DNA of 64,000 nt from an uncultured Lachnospiraceae bacterium (GCA_910579805.1 CAJTWM010000014.1:14126-78125), one strand, 5' to 3'. Positions 52,677 to 63,229 are shown, numbered from the stretch's first letter. The notes: generated by a model from the letters alone, not told the origin. Program-made: numbers and translations.

Positions 52677-53399
52677 ATGGGGAATTATGATGTGAAGCAG
52701 GAAGTAACAGATAAATATTCCCTTCGCGGACGTGTTTTTCATAAACTTCGGGAAGATATTCTGAGCGGAAAATATAAGGAACATGAAGAACTAAAGGAAG
52801 TTGCAATCGGAGAAGAAATGGGAGTGAGCAGGACTCCGGTAAGAGAGGCGTTCCGGCAGTTAGAATTGGAAGGACTGATTCAGATCATTCCCAATAAAGG
52901 AGCTTATGTGACCGGTATTACGGTGGAGGATGTGAAAGACATTTACATGATCCGCTCTTTATTGGAAGGGCTGTGCGCCAGATGGGCGACAGAAAAAATG
53001 ACGGAAGAGCAGCTTTCGGAAATGGAAGAAAATATATATCTTGCGCAATTCCATGCTTCAAAGGGGCATTTGGAACAGATGGCGGAAATGGATAATCGGT
53101 TTCATGAGATTTTATATGAAGCATGCGGCAGCAAAATGCTGGAGCATTTATTAAGAGACTTTCACCAGTATGTACTCAGAGTAAGGAAAAAGACACTCTC
53201 TAACGCAGGACGGGGAGAGGCATCAAATCAGGAGCATCGGCTGATCATGGAAGCCATAAGGGAAAAAGATGCGAAAAAGGCGGAAAAACTTGCAAATAAG
53301 CACATTATCAACGCTTATGAGAATATGGTCAGAAACGGTCTCAGTGAAGCTTATGACGAGCAGACGGATTCGGATGGGCATTCAGATTCCAACCGGTGA
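52677..53399 (+). CDS. GntR-family transcriptional regulator (FadR/FCD subfamily)
   Basis: 'LKEVAIGEEMGVSRTPVREAFRQLELEGLI' is a winged HTH. The C-terminus is an FCD-like helical domain. Confidence 0.9.
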   Translation: MGNYDVKQEVTDKYSLRGRVFHKLREDILSGKYKEHEELKEVAIGEEMGVSRTPVREAFRQLELEGLIQIIPNKGAYVTGITVEDVKDIYMIRSLLEGLCARWATEKMTEEQLSEMEENIYLAQFHASKGHLEQMAEMDNRFHEILYEACGSKMLEHLLRDFHQYVLRVRKKTLSNAGRGEASNQEHRLIMEAIREKDAKKAEKLANKHIINAYENMVRNGLSEAYDEQTDSDGHSDSNR

Positions 53400-53474
53400 A
53401 ATCCCGCCTCAGGCAATAGAATCCCCGCCCAAGGCGGAGGGCATCAAAATAAACAGGAAAAGGAGAGCAGGAAC

Positions 53475-54680
53475 ATGGAAAAAATTAAAATGACGACCCC
53501 GTTGGTAGAAATGGACGGAGATGAAATGACGAGAGTCCTTTGGAAAATAATAAAGGAGGAGCTATTACTTCCCTTTATTGACTTAAAGACGGAATATTAC
53601 GATCTTGGTCTGGAATATCGTAATGAAACGAACGATCAGGTAACGGTGGATTCCGCAGAAGCCACAAAAAAATATGGCGTTGCCGTAAAATGCGCAACGA
53701 TCACTCCTAACGCGGCAAGGATGACGGAATATCATTTGAAAGAAATGTGGAAAAGCCCCAACGGAACGATCCGGGCGCTTTTAGACGGAACCGTGTTCCG
53801 CGCACCGATCATAGTAAAAGGAATCGAGCCTTGCGTAAAGAATTGGGAAAAGCCTATTACATTGGCAAGACATGCTTACGGAGACATATACAAAAATACC
53901 GAGATCAAAGTTCCCGGTGCAGGTAAGGCAGAATTGGTATTTACAGCGGCGGACGGAACTGAGACAAGGGAAGTGATCCATGAATTTAAAGGCGCCGGAA
54001 TCCTTCAGGGAATCCATAATACGGAAAGCTCCATTGAAAGCTTTGCAAAAGCATGTTTCAATTATGCACTGGACATTAAGCAGGATTTATGGTTTGCTAC
54101 CAAGGACACGATCTCGAAAAAGTACGATCATACGTTTAAGGATATTTTTGCGGAGATTTTTGAAAAAGATTATAAAGAGAAATTTGAAAAAGCAGGCATC
54201 GAATATTTCTATACGCTGATCGATGATGCGGTAGCCCGTGTAATGAAGGCAAAGGGCGGGTTTATCTGGGCATGCAAGAACTATGACGGCGATGTCATGA
54301 GCGATATGGTATCTTCGGCATTCGGCTCCCTTGCCATGATGACCTCCGTTCTGGTCTCCCCTCAGGGAGTTTATGAATACGAAGCGGCGCACGGAACGGT
54401 ACAGAGACACTACTACAAACATTTGGCAGGGGAAGAGACTTCAACCAACTCCGTAGCGACTATTTTTGCCTGGACGGGCGCATTAAGGAAACGCGGGGAA
54501 CTGGACGGGATCAAAGAACTGACGGAGTTTGCCGACAGACTGGAGCGCGCGACTTTAAAAACAATAGAAGACGGTAAGATGACAAAAGATCTGGCGCTCA
54601 TTACATCATTAAAAGATGTGACTACATTAAACAGCGAAGCATTTATTATAGAGATCAGAAAGACTTACGAAACTTTATAA
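53475..54680 (+). CDS. icd: NADP-dependent isocitrate dehydrogenase (eukaryote-like type II homodimeric form)
   Basis: '[29 protein letters not shown]...[16 protein letters not shown]...KCATITPN...[10 protein letters not shown]' closely follows the IDH1/IDH2-type sequence. Length is 401 aa. Confidence 0.93.
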   Translation: MEKIKMTTPLVEMDGDEMTRVLWKIIKEELLLPFIDLKTEYYDLGLEYRNETNDQVTVDSAEATKKYGVAVKCATITPNAARMTEYHLKEMWKSPNGTIRALLDGTVFRAPIIVKGIEPCVKNWEKPITLARHAYGDIYKNTEIKVPGAGKAELVFTAADGTETREVIHEFKGAGILQGIHNTESSIESFAKACFNYALDIKQDLWFATKDTISKKYDHTFKDIFAEIFEKDYKEKFEKAGIEYFYTLIDDAVARVMKAKGGFIWACKNYDGDVMSDMVSSAFGSLAMMTSVLVSPQGVYEYEAAHGTVQRHYYKHLAGEETSTNSVATIFAWTGALRKRGELDGIKELTEFADRLERATLKTIEDGKMTKDLALITSLKDVTTLNSEAFIIEIRKTYETL

Positions 54681-54731
54681 TCAAAATTTTTCACAGAGTG
54701 CTTTTTCTTTTGGGAAAGCCTCCCGGATAAG

Positions 54732-54782
54732 ACCTTCAGACCGGCCTGATGCAGGATGCTCAGTTTGGTTTGAAGGTTTTTT
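54732..54782 (+). terminator. Rho-independent terminator of icd
   Basis: ACCTTCAGACC (54732-54742) pairs with GGTTTGAAGGT (54767-54777), with one G-U pair, followed by T6. Confidence 0.75.
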
Positions 54783-54864
54783 GGTTATAACGCCGTTCTC
54801 ATTCATTGACATTATTTTAACGTTAATATAAAATAGAACTATCATTTATTTAGGAGGCGCTATC

Positions 54865-55530
54865 GTGGAGCAGAAGGAAATATCACAGGCTGTCATCAGC
54901 AGATTACCAAGATATTTTCGATATTTGGGAGAGTTAAAAGACGAAGGTGTGGAACGTATTTCCTCGCAGGAGCTTAGTGAGCTGATGCAGGTTACGGCAT
55001 CCCAGATCCGTCAGGATTTTAATAATTTCGGAGGGTTCGGACAGCAGGGATACGGATATAATGTAGAATATCTTTATGATGAGATCAGTAAGATACTCGG
55101 GCTTAACAAGACCCATCATCTTATTATCATAGGGGCGGGGAATTTAGGGCAGGCAATCGGGAATTATATGAATTTTGAAAGACGGGGATTTATTTTAAAG
55201 GGCTTGTTTGACTGTAATCCGGCTTTGGAAGGAAAGAAAGTCAGGGGAATCTCCGTACAGCCAATGGATCACATAGGGGAATTTGTGAAAGAAAACGATA
55301 TCGATATCGCCGTACTGACCATTCCGAAGACCAGTGCGGTTGCAATAGCCGAAGAACTGGTTTCATACGGAATAAAAGCGATTTGGAATTTTGCGCATGT
55401 GGATCTGCATGTACCGGAAGGGATTCAGGTAGAAAATGTGCACCTATCGGACAGCCTGATGAAATTATCTTACAATATCAACCGGTATAACAGTGAAAAT
55501 ACAGAAAGTCGGCAGGGGGAAGGACGATGA
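54865..55530 (+). CDS. rex: Redox-sensing transcriptional repressor Rex
   Basis: 'ISRLPRYFRYL...ISSQELSELMQVTASQIRQDFNNFGGFGQQGYGYNV' and the Rossmann motif 'IIIGAGNLGQAI'. GTG start after AGGAGG. Confidence 0.93.
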   Translation: MEQKEISQAVISRLPRYFRYLGELKDEGVERISSQELSELMQVTASQIRQDFNNFGGFGQQGYGYNVEYLYDEISKILGLNKTHHLIIIGAGNLGQAIGNYMNFERRGFILKGLFDCNPALEGKKVRGISVQPMDHIGEFVKENDIDIAVLTIPKTSAVAIAEELVSYGIKAIWNFAHVDLHVPEGIQVENVHLSDSLMKLSYNINRYNSENTESRQGEGR

Positions 55531-56168
55531 AAAACGTACCGAATACAGAGGATAAATATAGACAGGCGCTTAAGGGAAAAGAACTCCCTTTACTGCCTTT
55601 AGACAATAAATGGCATCAGCTTTTTACACAGACGGAAACCAACGCTAAGATACGCCGTTTGGAAGAACAGTTGAACAGCCTGATCAAAAGACAGGGCAAG
55701 TTGAACACGGAGAAAAAAGAGATCCGTAAGCTGAAGAGAAAATTAATGGATCAGATCGTCGTTACCGTAGACGAACTGGATCAGGGCGTCAATCAAAAGA
55801 TCAACGATAAGAAGATCGATACGGATAAGCGGCTTGTTAAAGAATGCAATACAAAACTATCCTCATATGAAAAAGAACTGAAGGAACTTCCGAAACAGAT
55901 TGAAGAAATAAACGTACAGCTCATGCTTGCCACCATGGATATCTGTTATAAGAAAATACAGGAAAATACGGCCCAGATCGAAGAGCTTACGGAATGGATC
56001 GACTCCATGCGCATAGAATTAAAGAAGAATGTAGTAAGAAAGCAGGACAGGGAAACGCAGAACAGACAGCTATATTCCTATATGCATGATATTTTTGGCG
56101 CTGATGTTTTGGAAGTTTTCGATATGAAGTATAATCCTTTGGAGAAGTCTGCTGCAAAGAAAGAATAA
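55527..56168 (+). CDS. Hypothetical coiled-coil protein
   Basis: ORF overlapping the rex stop (ATGA). The sequence is heptad-rich and K/E-rich. No motif recognised. Confidence 0.55.
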   Translation: MKNVPNTEDKYRQALKGKELPLLPLDNKWHQLFTQTETNAKIRRLEEQLNSLIKRQGKLNTEKKEIRKLKRKLMDQIVVTVDELDQGVNQKINDKKIDTDKRLVKECNTKLSSYEKELKELPKQIEEINVQLMLATMDICYKKIQENTAQIEELTEWIDSMRIELKKNVVRKQDRETQNRQLYSYMHDIFGADVLEVFDMKYNPLEKSAAKKE

Positions 56169-57832
56169 TGAGTATGGAAAATGAGATTACAAATTTAGTC
56201 AGCGCAGAAGAAATGCGTTGGTGTGAAAAAAATACAATAGAAAGATTCCATATGCCCGCCGCCGTATTAATGGAGCGGGCTGCTCTTGGTACTTTTGAGA
56301 CGGTTCGGGAATATTGGAGAAAAAGTACGGGAAGAGTACTGATCGTAGCGGGAACAGGAAATAACGGCGCGGACGGTATCGCTGTCGGGAGGCTTTTGGC
56401 ACAGGCGGGTTTTGAAGTTACTTTTTTGGCGGCCGGAGAAAGAGAAAAGTTTTCAGGACTTTTAAAAAGCCAGATCTCTATCATTGAAGCATATGGTTTT
56501 GAAGTAATCACCGAATTTCCGGAAACGGAATATGATATTATAGTCGATGCCTTATTCGGGATCGGTCTGTCCAGAAACTTAGACGGCATTTGGCTGCTGC
56601 TTACGGAGAAGATCAATAAAAGCAGCGCGTTTAAGGTCAGCGTAGATATGCCCTCAGGAATACATACGGACACAGGCGCCGTGATGGGAGGAGCAGTAAG
56701 AGCGGATGTAACGGTTACTTTCGGATGCTGCAAGCTGGGACTTGTATTATATCCGGGCGCGGAGTACGCCGGAAAAGTGGTACTGAAAGAAATCGGTATT
56801 ACAAGGGCAGGATTTTTAGGGAAACTGCCCAAAGTATTTACTCAAAACCAAACGGCGCAGCTTTTGCCGATACGTCCAAAAGACGGGAATAAAGGAACGT
56901 TTGGAAAGGCGCTTGTGATCGCTGGCAGTAAAGAGATCATAGGAGCCTGTCTTTTAAGCGCGGAAGCGGCGTTCCGTATCGGCTGCGGTATGGTAAAAAT
57001 ATTGACGCCGAAAGAGAACAGGACAGTACTGGCTCTTAAACTTCCCGAAGCCATGCTGCAAGTATATGATACGAAAAAGGAACTGAAAATGCAGTTAAAA
57101 GAAAGCTGTTTGTGGGCGGACTGCATTTTGATCGGGCCGGGATGCGGCGTAGGGCCGGAAACGGAAGAAAAACTGTCTTTTGTAATAGAAAAGTGTGAGA
57201 AACCGCTTGTGATCGATGCGGATGGATTAAATCAGATTGCTGAAAACGAAAGCTTATATCATTCTTTAAAAAAATCCGTGGAAAAAACAAAAAGACCTGT
57301 CATATTGACTCCGCATCTGGGGGAATTTTCAAGGCTGACAGGAACAGATGTGAAAAACATAAAGGAAAATCTTTTGAAGGAAACGGAAAAATATGCAGCC
57401 GGGTCCGGCTGTATCGTCGTCTGTAAGGATACCAGAACGGTCGTGGCGGCAAGCGGCCATTCCACTTATTTAAATCTTTCCGGTAACTGCGGAATGGCCA
57501 GCGCGGGATGCGGAGACGTACTGGCAGGGATGATTGTGGGGCTTTTGGCTCAAGTGATTAAAAAAGCCGGAAAGACCTGTCAAGAGAAGCAGGCGGCTTT
57601 TGAGGCAGCGGTAGCGGGCGTATATTTACACGGCCTTGCAGGGGACGAAGCCTGCAAGGCCGATATAAGAAACCGGTTGGAAAATACGACGTCTTTTCCG
57701 ACCGTTTATGAAGCCGGCAGGGAGGAAAGAACCTGCAATATACAGAGATATAAGAACGAATATACGCTTCTTGCAGAAGACTTGATCAAACAGTTTGATT
57801 CCTTATTCCGAACCGGGCCGTCGGATCTGTAA
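56168..57832 (+). CDS. nnr: Bifunctional NAD(P)H-hydrate repair enzyme (YjeF_N epimerase plus ADP-dependent dehydratase)
   Basis: N-terminus 'AGTGNNGADG...DALFGIGLSR'. C-terminus 'KGTFGKALVIAGS...GPG...LTPHLGEF...GDVLAG'. Confidence 0.88.
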   Translation: MSMENEITNLVSAEEMRWCEKNTIERFHMPAAVLMERAALGTFETVREYWRKSTGRVLIVAGTGNNGADGIAVGRLLAQAGFEVTFLAAGEREKFSGLLKSQISIIEAYGFEVITEFPETEYDIIVDALFGIGLSRNLDGIWLLLTEKINKSSAFKVSVDMPSGIHTDTGAVMGGAVRADVTVTFGCCKLGLVLYPGAEYAGKVVLKEIGITRAGFLGKLPKVFTQNQTAQLLPIRPKDGNKGTFGKALVIAGSKEIIGACLLSAEAAFRIGCGMVKILTPKENRTVLALKLPEAMLQVYDTKKELKMQLKESCLWADCILIGPGCGVGPETEEKLSFVIEKCEKPLVIDADGLNQIAENESLYHSLKKSVEKTKRPVILTPHLGEFSRLTGTDVKNIKENLLKETEKYAAGSGCIVVCKDTRTVVAASGHSTYLNLSGNCGMASAGCGDVLAGMIVGLLAQVIKKAGKTCQEKQAAFEAAVAGVYLHGLAGDEACKADIRNRLENTTSFPTVYEAGREERTCNIQRYKNEYTLLAEDLIKQFDSLFRTGPSDL

Positions 57833-57923
57833 CATTTGCGGCGGCGTTCAGACCAAAGGCGTCCGAATTGGGCTGACTGTCAAAAGAAGAGCGATTGCGG
57901 ACAATAAATTATGGGAGGACATC

Positions 57924-59114
57924 ATGGAAGATCGTATCAAAGAATATGCAAGAGGCTATGCGGTCGTGGATTTGGATAAGATCCGCCGTAATATGGAGCG
58001 CATGAAGGACAATCTGGACAGTGGCACGCTTATGATAGGCGTGATCAAAACGGACGGATACGGTCATGGAGCCGTACCGATCGCGGAGGAATTAGAAGGG
58101 CTTTCTTATCTGTATGGCTTTGCAGTAGCAACTTTTGAAGAGGCGCATATTTTAAGAATGGCAGGGATAAAAAAACCGATTCTTATTTTGGGTTATGCTT
58201 TTCCTTACAGCTATCCGCAAATGATCGAGGAAGAAATACGGCAGGCAGTTTTCCGGGAGGATACGATACAGGAACTTTCGGGTATTGCAAAAAGACTTAA
58301 AAAAAATGCCAAGGTTCATATAAAGATAGATACGGGTATGTCACGGATCGGGGTTTTGCCGGATAAAAACGGATTTTCGTTTGTAGAAAAGGCGGCGTCC
58401 ACTCCGGGGATCGAAATAGAAGGGATCTTTACACATTTTGCCACGGCGGATCATAAGGATAAACATTTTGCAGAGGAGCAGCTGGAGCGTTTTCAGTGGT
58501 TTTGTAAAGAAACGGAAGAGCGCTTGGGCATAAAAATACCGATGAAGCATTGTTCCAACAGCGCGGGCATTGTGGAAATGAGAAATGCCAATATGGACGC
58601 GGTGCGTGCAGGTATCACGCTCTATGGGTTATGGCCCTCTGAAGAGATATCAAAAGACATTGTCCCTTTAGAACCGGCATTAGAGTTAAAAAGCACTGTC
58701 ATATATATGAAAACCATACCTGCCCAGACGGCGGTAAGTTATGGCAGGACTTATATTTCGCAGTGCGAACGAAAGATCGCTACGATTCCGTTGGGTTACG
58801 GCGACGGTTATCCGAGAAGCCTGTCCAATAAAGGATATGTTTTGATAAGAGGGAAAAAAGCACCTATTACAGGAAGGATCTGTATGGATCAGTTCATGGT
58901 AGACGTGTCGGATATCGAAGGAGCAGAGGAAAATGATGAAGTCACTTTACTCGGAACCGACGGGGAGGAAACGATAACGATGGAAGAGCTGGGGGAACTT
59001 TCAGGAAGGTTCAATTATGAGCTTGCCTGCGATCTGGGGAAAAGAATACCGAGAGTATACCTGAAAAACGGTAAAATACTGAAAACAAAAAATCATTTTC
59101 ATGATTATGAATAA
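57924..59114 (+). CDS. alr: Alanine racemase
   Basis: 'VIKTDGYGHG' contains the PLP-binding Lys motif. 'VSYGRTY', 'IPLGYGDGYPR' and 'GRICMDQ' are also present. GGGAGG RBS before the ATG at 57924. Confidence 0.93.
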   Translation: MEDRIKEYARGYAVVDLDKIRRNMERMKDNLDSGTLMIGVIKTDGYGHGAVPIAEELEGLSYLYGFAVATFEEAHILRMAGIKKPILILGYAFPYSYPQMIEEEIRQAVFREDTIQELSGIAKRLKKNAKVHIKIDTGMSRIGVLPDKNGFSFVEKAASTPGIEIEGIFTHFATADHKDKHFAEEQLERFQWFCKETEERLGIKIPMKHCSNSAGIVEMRNANMDAVRAGITLYGLWPSEEISKDIVPLEPALELKSTVIYMKTIPAQTAVSYGRTYISQCERKIATIPLGYGDGYPRSLSNKGYVLIRGKKAPITGRICMDQFMVDVSDIEGAEENDEVTLLGTDGEETITMEELGELSGRFNYELACDLGKRIPRVYLKNGKILKTKNHFHDYE

Positions 59115-59150
59115 CTTTCCGTCAAGCTGTCAATATTATTGACAGGAAAG
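59115..59150. promoter_or_regulatory. Inverted repeat between alr and mazF: a terminator-like hairpin without a T-run, or an operator
   Basis: CTGTCAATA-T-TATTGACAG (59127-59145) is a perfect repeat, extended by CTTTC (59115-59119) with GAAAG (59146-59150). Confidence 0.5.
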
Positions 59151-59234
59151 AGGCAGGTAAAGCGGCGGCGGATATTTTGCTTTAAGCTGAAGCGGCTGCA
59201 GATGTAAAGAATCCTGTCCGGAAAGGTGGAAATA

Positions 59235-59576
59235 ATGAGACGTGGAGATATTTATTATGCGGATTTAAGACCGGTGATCGGTTCGGAGCAGGGGGGCGTA
59301 AGGCCTGTGCTGATCATCCAGAACGACGTAGGAAATAAGCACAGTCCCACGGTCATCTGCGCGGCGATCACTTCCAAGATGAATAAGGCAAAGCTGCCCA
59401 CGCATATAGAATTATCCAGTAAAGAATATGAGATTGTGAAAGATTCTGTCATTTTATTAGAGCAGCTTCGTACTATTGATAAAAAACGATTGAAAGATAA
59501 AGTGTGTCATCTGGAGGGCAGCATTATGAAGGAAGTAAACAGCGCGCTGGCAGTCAGTCTGGAGCTTACTACATAA
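59235..59576 (+). CDS. mazF: MazF/PemK/EndoA-type toxin endoribonuclease
   Basis: '[46 protein letters not shown]...LPTHIEL' is near-canonical EndoA/MazF. AGGTGG RBS. Confidence 0.92.
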   Translation: MRRGDIYYADLRPVIGSEQGGVRPVLIIQNDVGNKHSPTVICAAITSKMNKAKLPTHIELSSKEYEIVKDSVILLEQLRTIDKKRLKDKVCHLEGSIMKEVNSALAVSLELTT

Positions 59577-59603
59577 TGTTACGGAAAATCAGACAAAAGA
59601 TCG

Positions 59604-59646
59604 AACTCCCCTTTTGCAATTATTGCTGCGAAACGGGGAGTTTCTT
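59604..59646 (+). terminator. Rho-independent terminator after mazF
   Basis: AACTCCCC (59604-59611) pairs with GGGGAGTT (59635-59642), followed by TCTT. Confidence 0.65.
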
Positions 59647-59789
59647 GACGTATGCCTCAAGGAATGGTATATTTTTAAGTGATCACGTTTCATAAGATCC
59701 TATTTCATAAGATAACGGTCAGAAAACAGATCTGAGTGATAAAGGATGATCAGGCGAAATTACAAGAAGAACTTAAAGGAGATGAGAGA

Positions 59790-61079
59790 ATGGGCGACGA
59801 CGGTCCTACTGCCAGTATACTTGTATTTATTGTTTTATTATTGATCGACGTGTTTTTTTATGGGTTTGGTGCAGCGCTTACCACGCTGGAAGGAAAAGAA
59901 TTAAAGGGAGAGGATAAAAGAAGCGCTAAGTTAAAACAGATCATGGAGAATCCATCCAGATATGTCAATACAGTGCAGCTTGTAGTCACGATGATCCATA
60001 TCGGGGTCGGCGCTTTTTACCTGCAGCTTTTAGGAAATTACATAAACAGTTTTTTGGGCGCGGCCGTGATCCTGCTTTATGTGCTTTTAACATTTGGAGT
60101 TTTGATGCCGAAGAAGCTGGCTGCCAGATATCCTGAGAAATGGGCTTATACCTGCGTAAATGCAGCTTATTATATTACTTTGATCTTTTCGCCGCTTACA
60201 GGGCTTATTACGGTAACGGTCAATCTGCTTTTAAGATTGTTCGGGATCAAAGAAGATGAGGATAATGCAGACGTGACGGAGGAAGAGATCATTTCTATGG
60301 TTAATGAAGGCCACGAGCAGGGAGTGATCTTAGCCAGTGAAGCGGAAATGATCACCAATATCTTTGAGTTCGGAGACAAAGAAGCAAAAGATATTATGAC
60401 GCACCGGAGTAATATTACGGCGGTCGACGCTAACACTCCGTTAAAAGAAGCGCTTCATTTTATGCTGTCGCAGAGCAACAGCCGCTATCCGGTATATGAA
60501 GAGAATATCGATCATATCGTCGGAGTGCTGCATTTAAAAGACGCCATGCGTATCCACAACAAGGATCCCCGTATCAATCTTCCGGTGAGAAGCGTAAAGG
60601 GGCTTTTGCGTGAGGTGAAGGTGATTCCCGAGACCCGTAATATAGATTCTATTTTTAAAATGATGCAGTCCACAAAAACACAGATGGTCATTGTGATTGA
60701 TGAATACGGTCAGACGGCGGGACTTGTTGCAATGGAAGATATCCTTGAAGAGATCGTCGGCAATATCTGGGACGAGTATGACGAGGATGAAAAACATATA
60801 GAAGTAAAAGGTGAGGACGAATATGTAATAGAAGGGATAACCCCTTTAAAGGAACTGGAGGAACGCTTTGCTATTTCTTTCGAAGAGGAGGAATTTGAAA
60901 CTTTAAACGGATTTTTAATATCCAAAATGGACAAGATTCCTGAAAAGGACGAGCAGTTTTCGGTAGAAGTCGCCGGATATGAATTTAAGCTGCTTTCCGT
61001 AGAAAATAAAATGATACAAAGCGTACTTGTCACAAAATTGGTGGAAGAAGAGACGGAAGAAAAGGCGGACGAAGCATGA
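59790..61079 (+). CDS. CNNM/CorC-HlyC-family membrane protein (DUF21, CBS pair and CorC_HlyC domains)
   Basis: N-terminal TM bundle, 'AKDIMTHRSNI' and 'YPVYEENIDHIVGVLHLKD' (CBS), and 'DEYGQTAGLVAMEDILEEIVG'. AGGAG RBS before the ATG at 59790. Confidence 0.88.
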   Translation: MGDDGPTASILVFIVLLLIDVFFYGFGAALTTLEGKELKGEDKRSAKLKQIMENPSRYVNTVQLVVTMIHIGVGAFYLQLLGNYINSFLGAAVILLYVLLTFGVLMPKKLAARYPEKWAYTCVNAAYYITLIFSPLTGLITVTVNLLLRLFGIKEDEDNADVTEEEIISMVNEGHEQGVILASEAEMITNIFEFGDKEAKDIMTHRSNITAVDANTPLKEALHFMLSQSNSRYPVYEENIDHIVGVLHLKDAMRIHNKDPRINLPVRSVKGLLREVKVIPETRNIDSIFKMMQSTKTQMVIVIDEYGQTAGLVAMEDILEEIVGNIWDEYDEDEKHIEVKGEDEYVIEGITPLKELEERFAISFEEEEFETLNGFLISKMDKIPEKDEQFSVEVAGYEFKLLSVENKMIQSVLVTKLVEEETEEKADEA

Positions 61080-61185
61080 GAAGAATTTCCAAGGCGTCAA
61101 AAAACACCGCCAAGCGGTATGCGGGCTGAAACGCACAAGGGGTATCAGAATAAAAGAAATAGAAAAATAAAGGAGAGATAAGAAG

Positions 61186-61914
61186 ATGTCAGGACATTCA
61201 AAATTTGCAAATATCAAGCATAAGAAAGAAAAGAACGATGCGGCGAAAGGCAAGATCTTTACGATCATCGGAAGAGAGATCGCAGTGGCGGTAAAGGAAG
61301 GCGGGCCGGATCCGGCAAACAATTTTAAGCTGGCACAGGTGATCGCAAAGGCCAAAGCCAACAATATGCCGAATGATACCATCGACCGCGGCATCAAGAA
61401 AGCGGCAGGAGATGTAGGTAACGTAAATTATGAATATGTGACTTATGAAGGTTATGGGCCTAACGGGATCGCCATTATCGTGGATGCGCTTACGGATAAT
61501 AAGAACAGGACTGCGGCAAATGTCAGGAGCGCTTTTACAAAAGGACAGGGGAGCATTGGGACGCAGGGGTGCGTATCGTTCATGTTTGATAAGAAAGGAC
61601 AGATCATCATTGATAAAGAAGAGTGCGATATGGAAGCGGACGATCTGATGATGACAGCCTTAGATGCAGGCGCGGAGGACTTTTCGGAGGAAGAGGACAG
61701 CTATGAGATTTTGACCGATCCGGACAACTTTGAAGAAGTGAGAAAAGCGTTGGAAGAGGCAAAGATCAGCATGATATCCGCAGAGGTGACTATGATCCCT
61801 CAGAATTATGTGGAGCTTTCCGATGAGACGGCGATTAAGAATCTACAGAAAACGTTGGATCTGTTAGACGATGACGACGACGTGCAGGCAGTATATCATA
61901 ATTGGGATGAATAA
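61186..61914 (+). CDS. YebC/PmpR-family DNA-binding regulator
   Basis: '[26 protein letters not shown]...' is the invariant YebC N-terminus. Length is 242 aa. Confidence 0.93.
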   Translation: MSGHSKFANIKHKKEKNDAAKGKIFTIIGREIAVAVKEGGPDPANNFKLAQVIAKAKANNMPNDTIDRGIKKAAGDVGNVNYEYVTYEGYGPNGIAIIVDALTDNKNRTAANVRSAFTKGQGSIGTQGCVSFMFDKKGQIIIDKEECDMEADDLMMTALDAGAEDFSEEEDSYEILTDPDNFEEVRKALEEAKISMISAEVTMIPQNYVELSDETAIKNLQKTLDLLDDDDDVQAVYHNWDE

Positions 61915-61954
61915 GACCGAAACATCTTTAGAGGGAAAGAGGAGAAGAAGGGCA

Positions 61955-63229
61955 ATGAAAAAAGAGACAATTTGTATCCAGTCCGGCTGGCAGCCTAAAA
62001 ACGGAGAACCAAGGATCTTACCGATCTATCAGAGCACTACTTTCAAATATGAAACATCCGAACAGATGGGGAGATTATTTGATTTGGAAGAATCCGGATA
62101 TTTTTATACGAGGATGCAGAATCCGACGAATGATTTTGTGGCGGCAAAAATTTGCGAACTGGAGGGCGGCGCGGCGGCAATGCTTACGTCTTCCGGACAG
62201 GCGGCTAATTACTACGCTGTTTTTAATATCTGTGAGTGCGGAGATCATGTAGTCATGTCCTCTACCATTTACGGCGGTACGTTTAACCTTCTGACCGTGA
62301 CGATGAAAAAGATGGGGATTGAGTGTACGGTGGTCGACCCTGATCTGTCCGAGGAAGAACTTGAAAAAGCTTTCCGGCCCAATACGAAATGCGTGCTGGC
62401 GGAAACAATAGCCAATCCTGCGCTGGTAGTTTTGGATGTCGAAAAATTTGCCCGTATTGCTCACGCGCATCAGGTGCCGCTCATTGTAGATAATACTTTT
62501 GCGACGCCGATTAATTGTAATCCCTTTGAATGGGGAGCGGATATCGTGACGCATTCTACAACCAAATACATGGATGGCCATGCCATGACGGTAGGCGGTG
62601 CGATCGTAGACTCGGGGAATTTTGATTGGATGGCCTGTCCTGACAAATATCCGGGACTATGTACGCCGGACGAATCTTACCATGGGGTTACCTATGCGGA
62701 AAAATTCGGCAAGGCGGCCTATATCACAAAGGCAACGGCGCAGCTTATGCGGGATCTGGGATCCATTCAGGCGCCTCAGAATGCCTTTTTGCTGAATATA
62801 GGACTGGAGACTCTGCCTCTCCGTATAGAAAGGCACTGTTTTAACGCCCAAAAAACAGCGGAATTTTTGGAAAATCATGAAAAAGTGGCATGGGTAAATT
62901 ATCCGGGGCTTAAGAGCAACCGGTATTATGAGCTTGCAAAGAAATATATGCCGAACGGTACATGCGGGGTTATTTCTTTTGGATTAAAGGGCGGACGTCA
63001 GGCTGCGGAAAAGATGATGGATAAGCTGCATCTGGCAGCGATCGTAACGCATGTCGCCGATGCAAGGACCTGTGTCCTCCATCCTGCCAGCCATACCCAC
63101 AGGCAGATGAATGACGAGCAGTTAAAGGAGGCCGGCGTAGCGCCCGACCTGATCCGTCTTTCCGTAGGGATAGAAAATGTGGAGGATATTATCACGGATC
63201 TGAGACAGGCACTGGACGCTTTAGAATGA
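61955..63229 (+). CDS. PLP-dependent O-acetylhomoserine/O-acetylserine sulfhydrylase (Cys/Met metabolism family)
   Basis: 'TICIQSGW...PIYQSTTF', 'SSGQAA' and 'HSTTKYMDGH' (PLP Lys). The start is chosen at the ATG at 61955 after a GGAGAAGAAGGG RBS. Confidence 0.88.
   Translation: MKKETICIQSGWQPKNGEPRILPIYQSTTFKYETSEQMGRLFDLEESGYFYTRMQNPTNDFVAAKICELEGGAAAMLTSSGQAANYYAVFNICECGDHVVMSSTIYGGTFNLLTVTMKKMGIECTVVDPDLSEEELEKAFRPNTKCVLAETIANPALVVLDVEKFARIAHAHQVPLIVDNTFATPINCNPFEWGADIVTHSTTKYMDGHAMTVGGAIVDSGNFDWMACPDKYPGLCTPDESYHGVTYAEKFGKAAYITKATAQLMRDLGSIQAPQNAFLLNIGLETLPLRIERHCFNAQKTAEFLENHEKVAWVNYPGLKSNRYYELAKKYMPNGTCGVISFGLKGGRQAAEKMMDKLHLAAIVTHVADARTCVLHPASHTHRQMNDEQLKEAGVAPDLIRLSVGIENVEDIITDLRQALDALE

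Noticed and set aside
54681-54864. Searched by eye for a Rex operator (TTGTGAA-N4-TTCACAA) upstream of rex and neighbouring genes
   Set aside because: No convincing match was seen. Only a SigA-like TTGACA/TATAAA pair and a short TTAACGTTAA palindrome are present.
55987-56832. 281-aa ORF on the minus strand
   Set aside because: It is antisense to the nnr gene and the end of the upstream coiled-coil gene. Its S/P/T-rich low-complexity translation has no motif.
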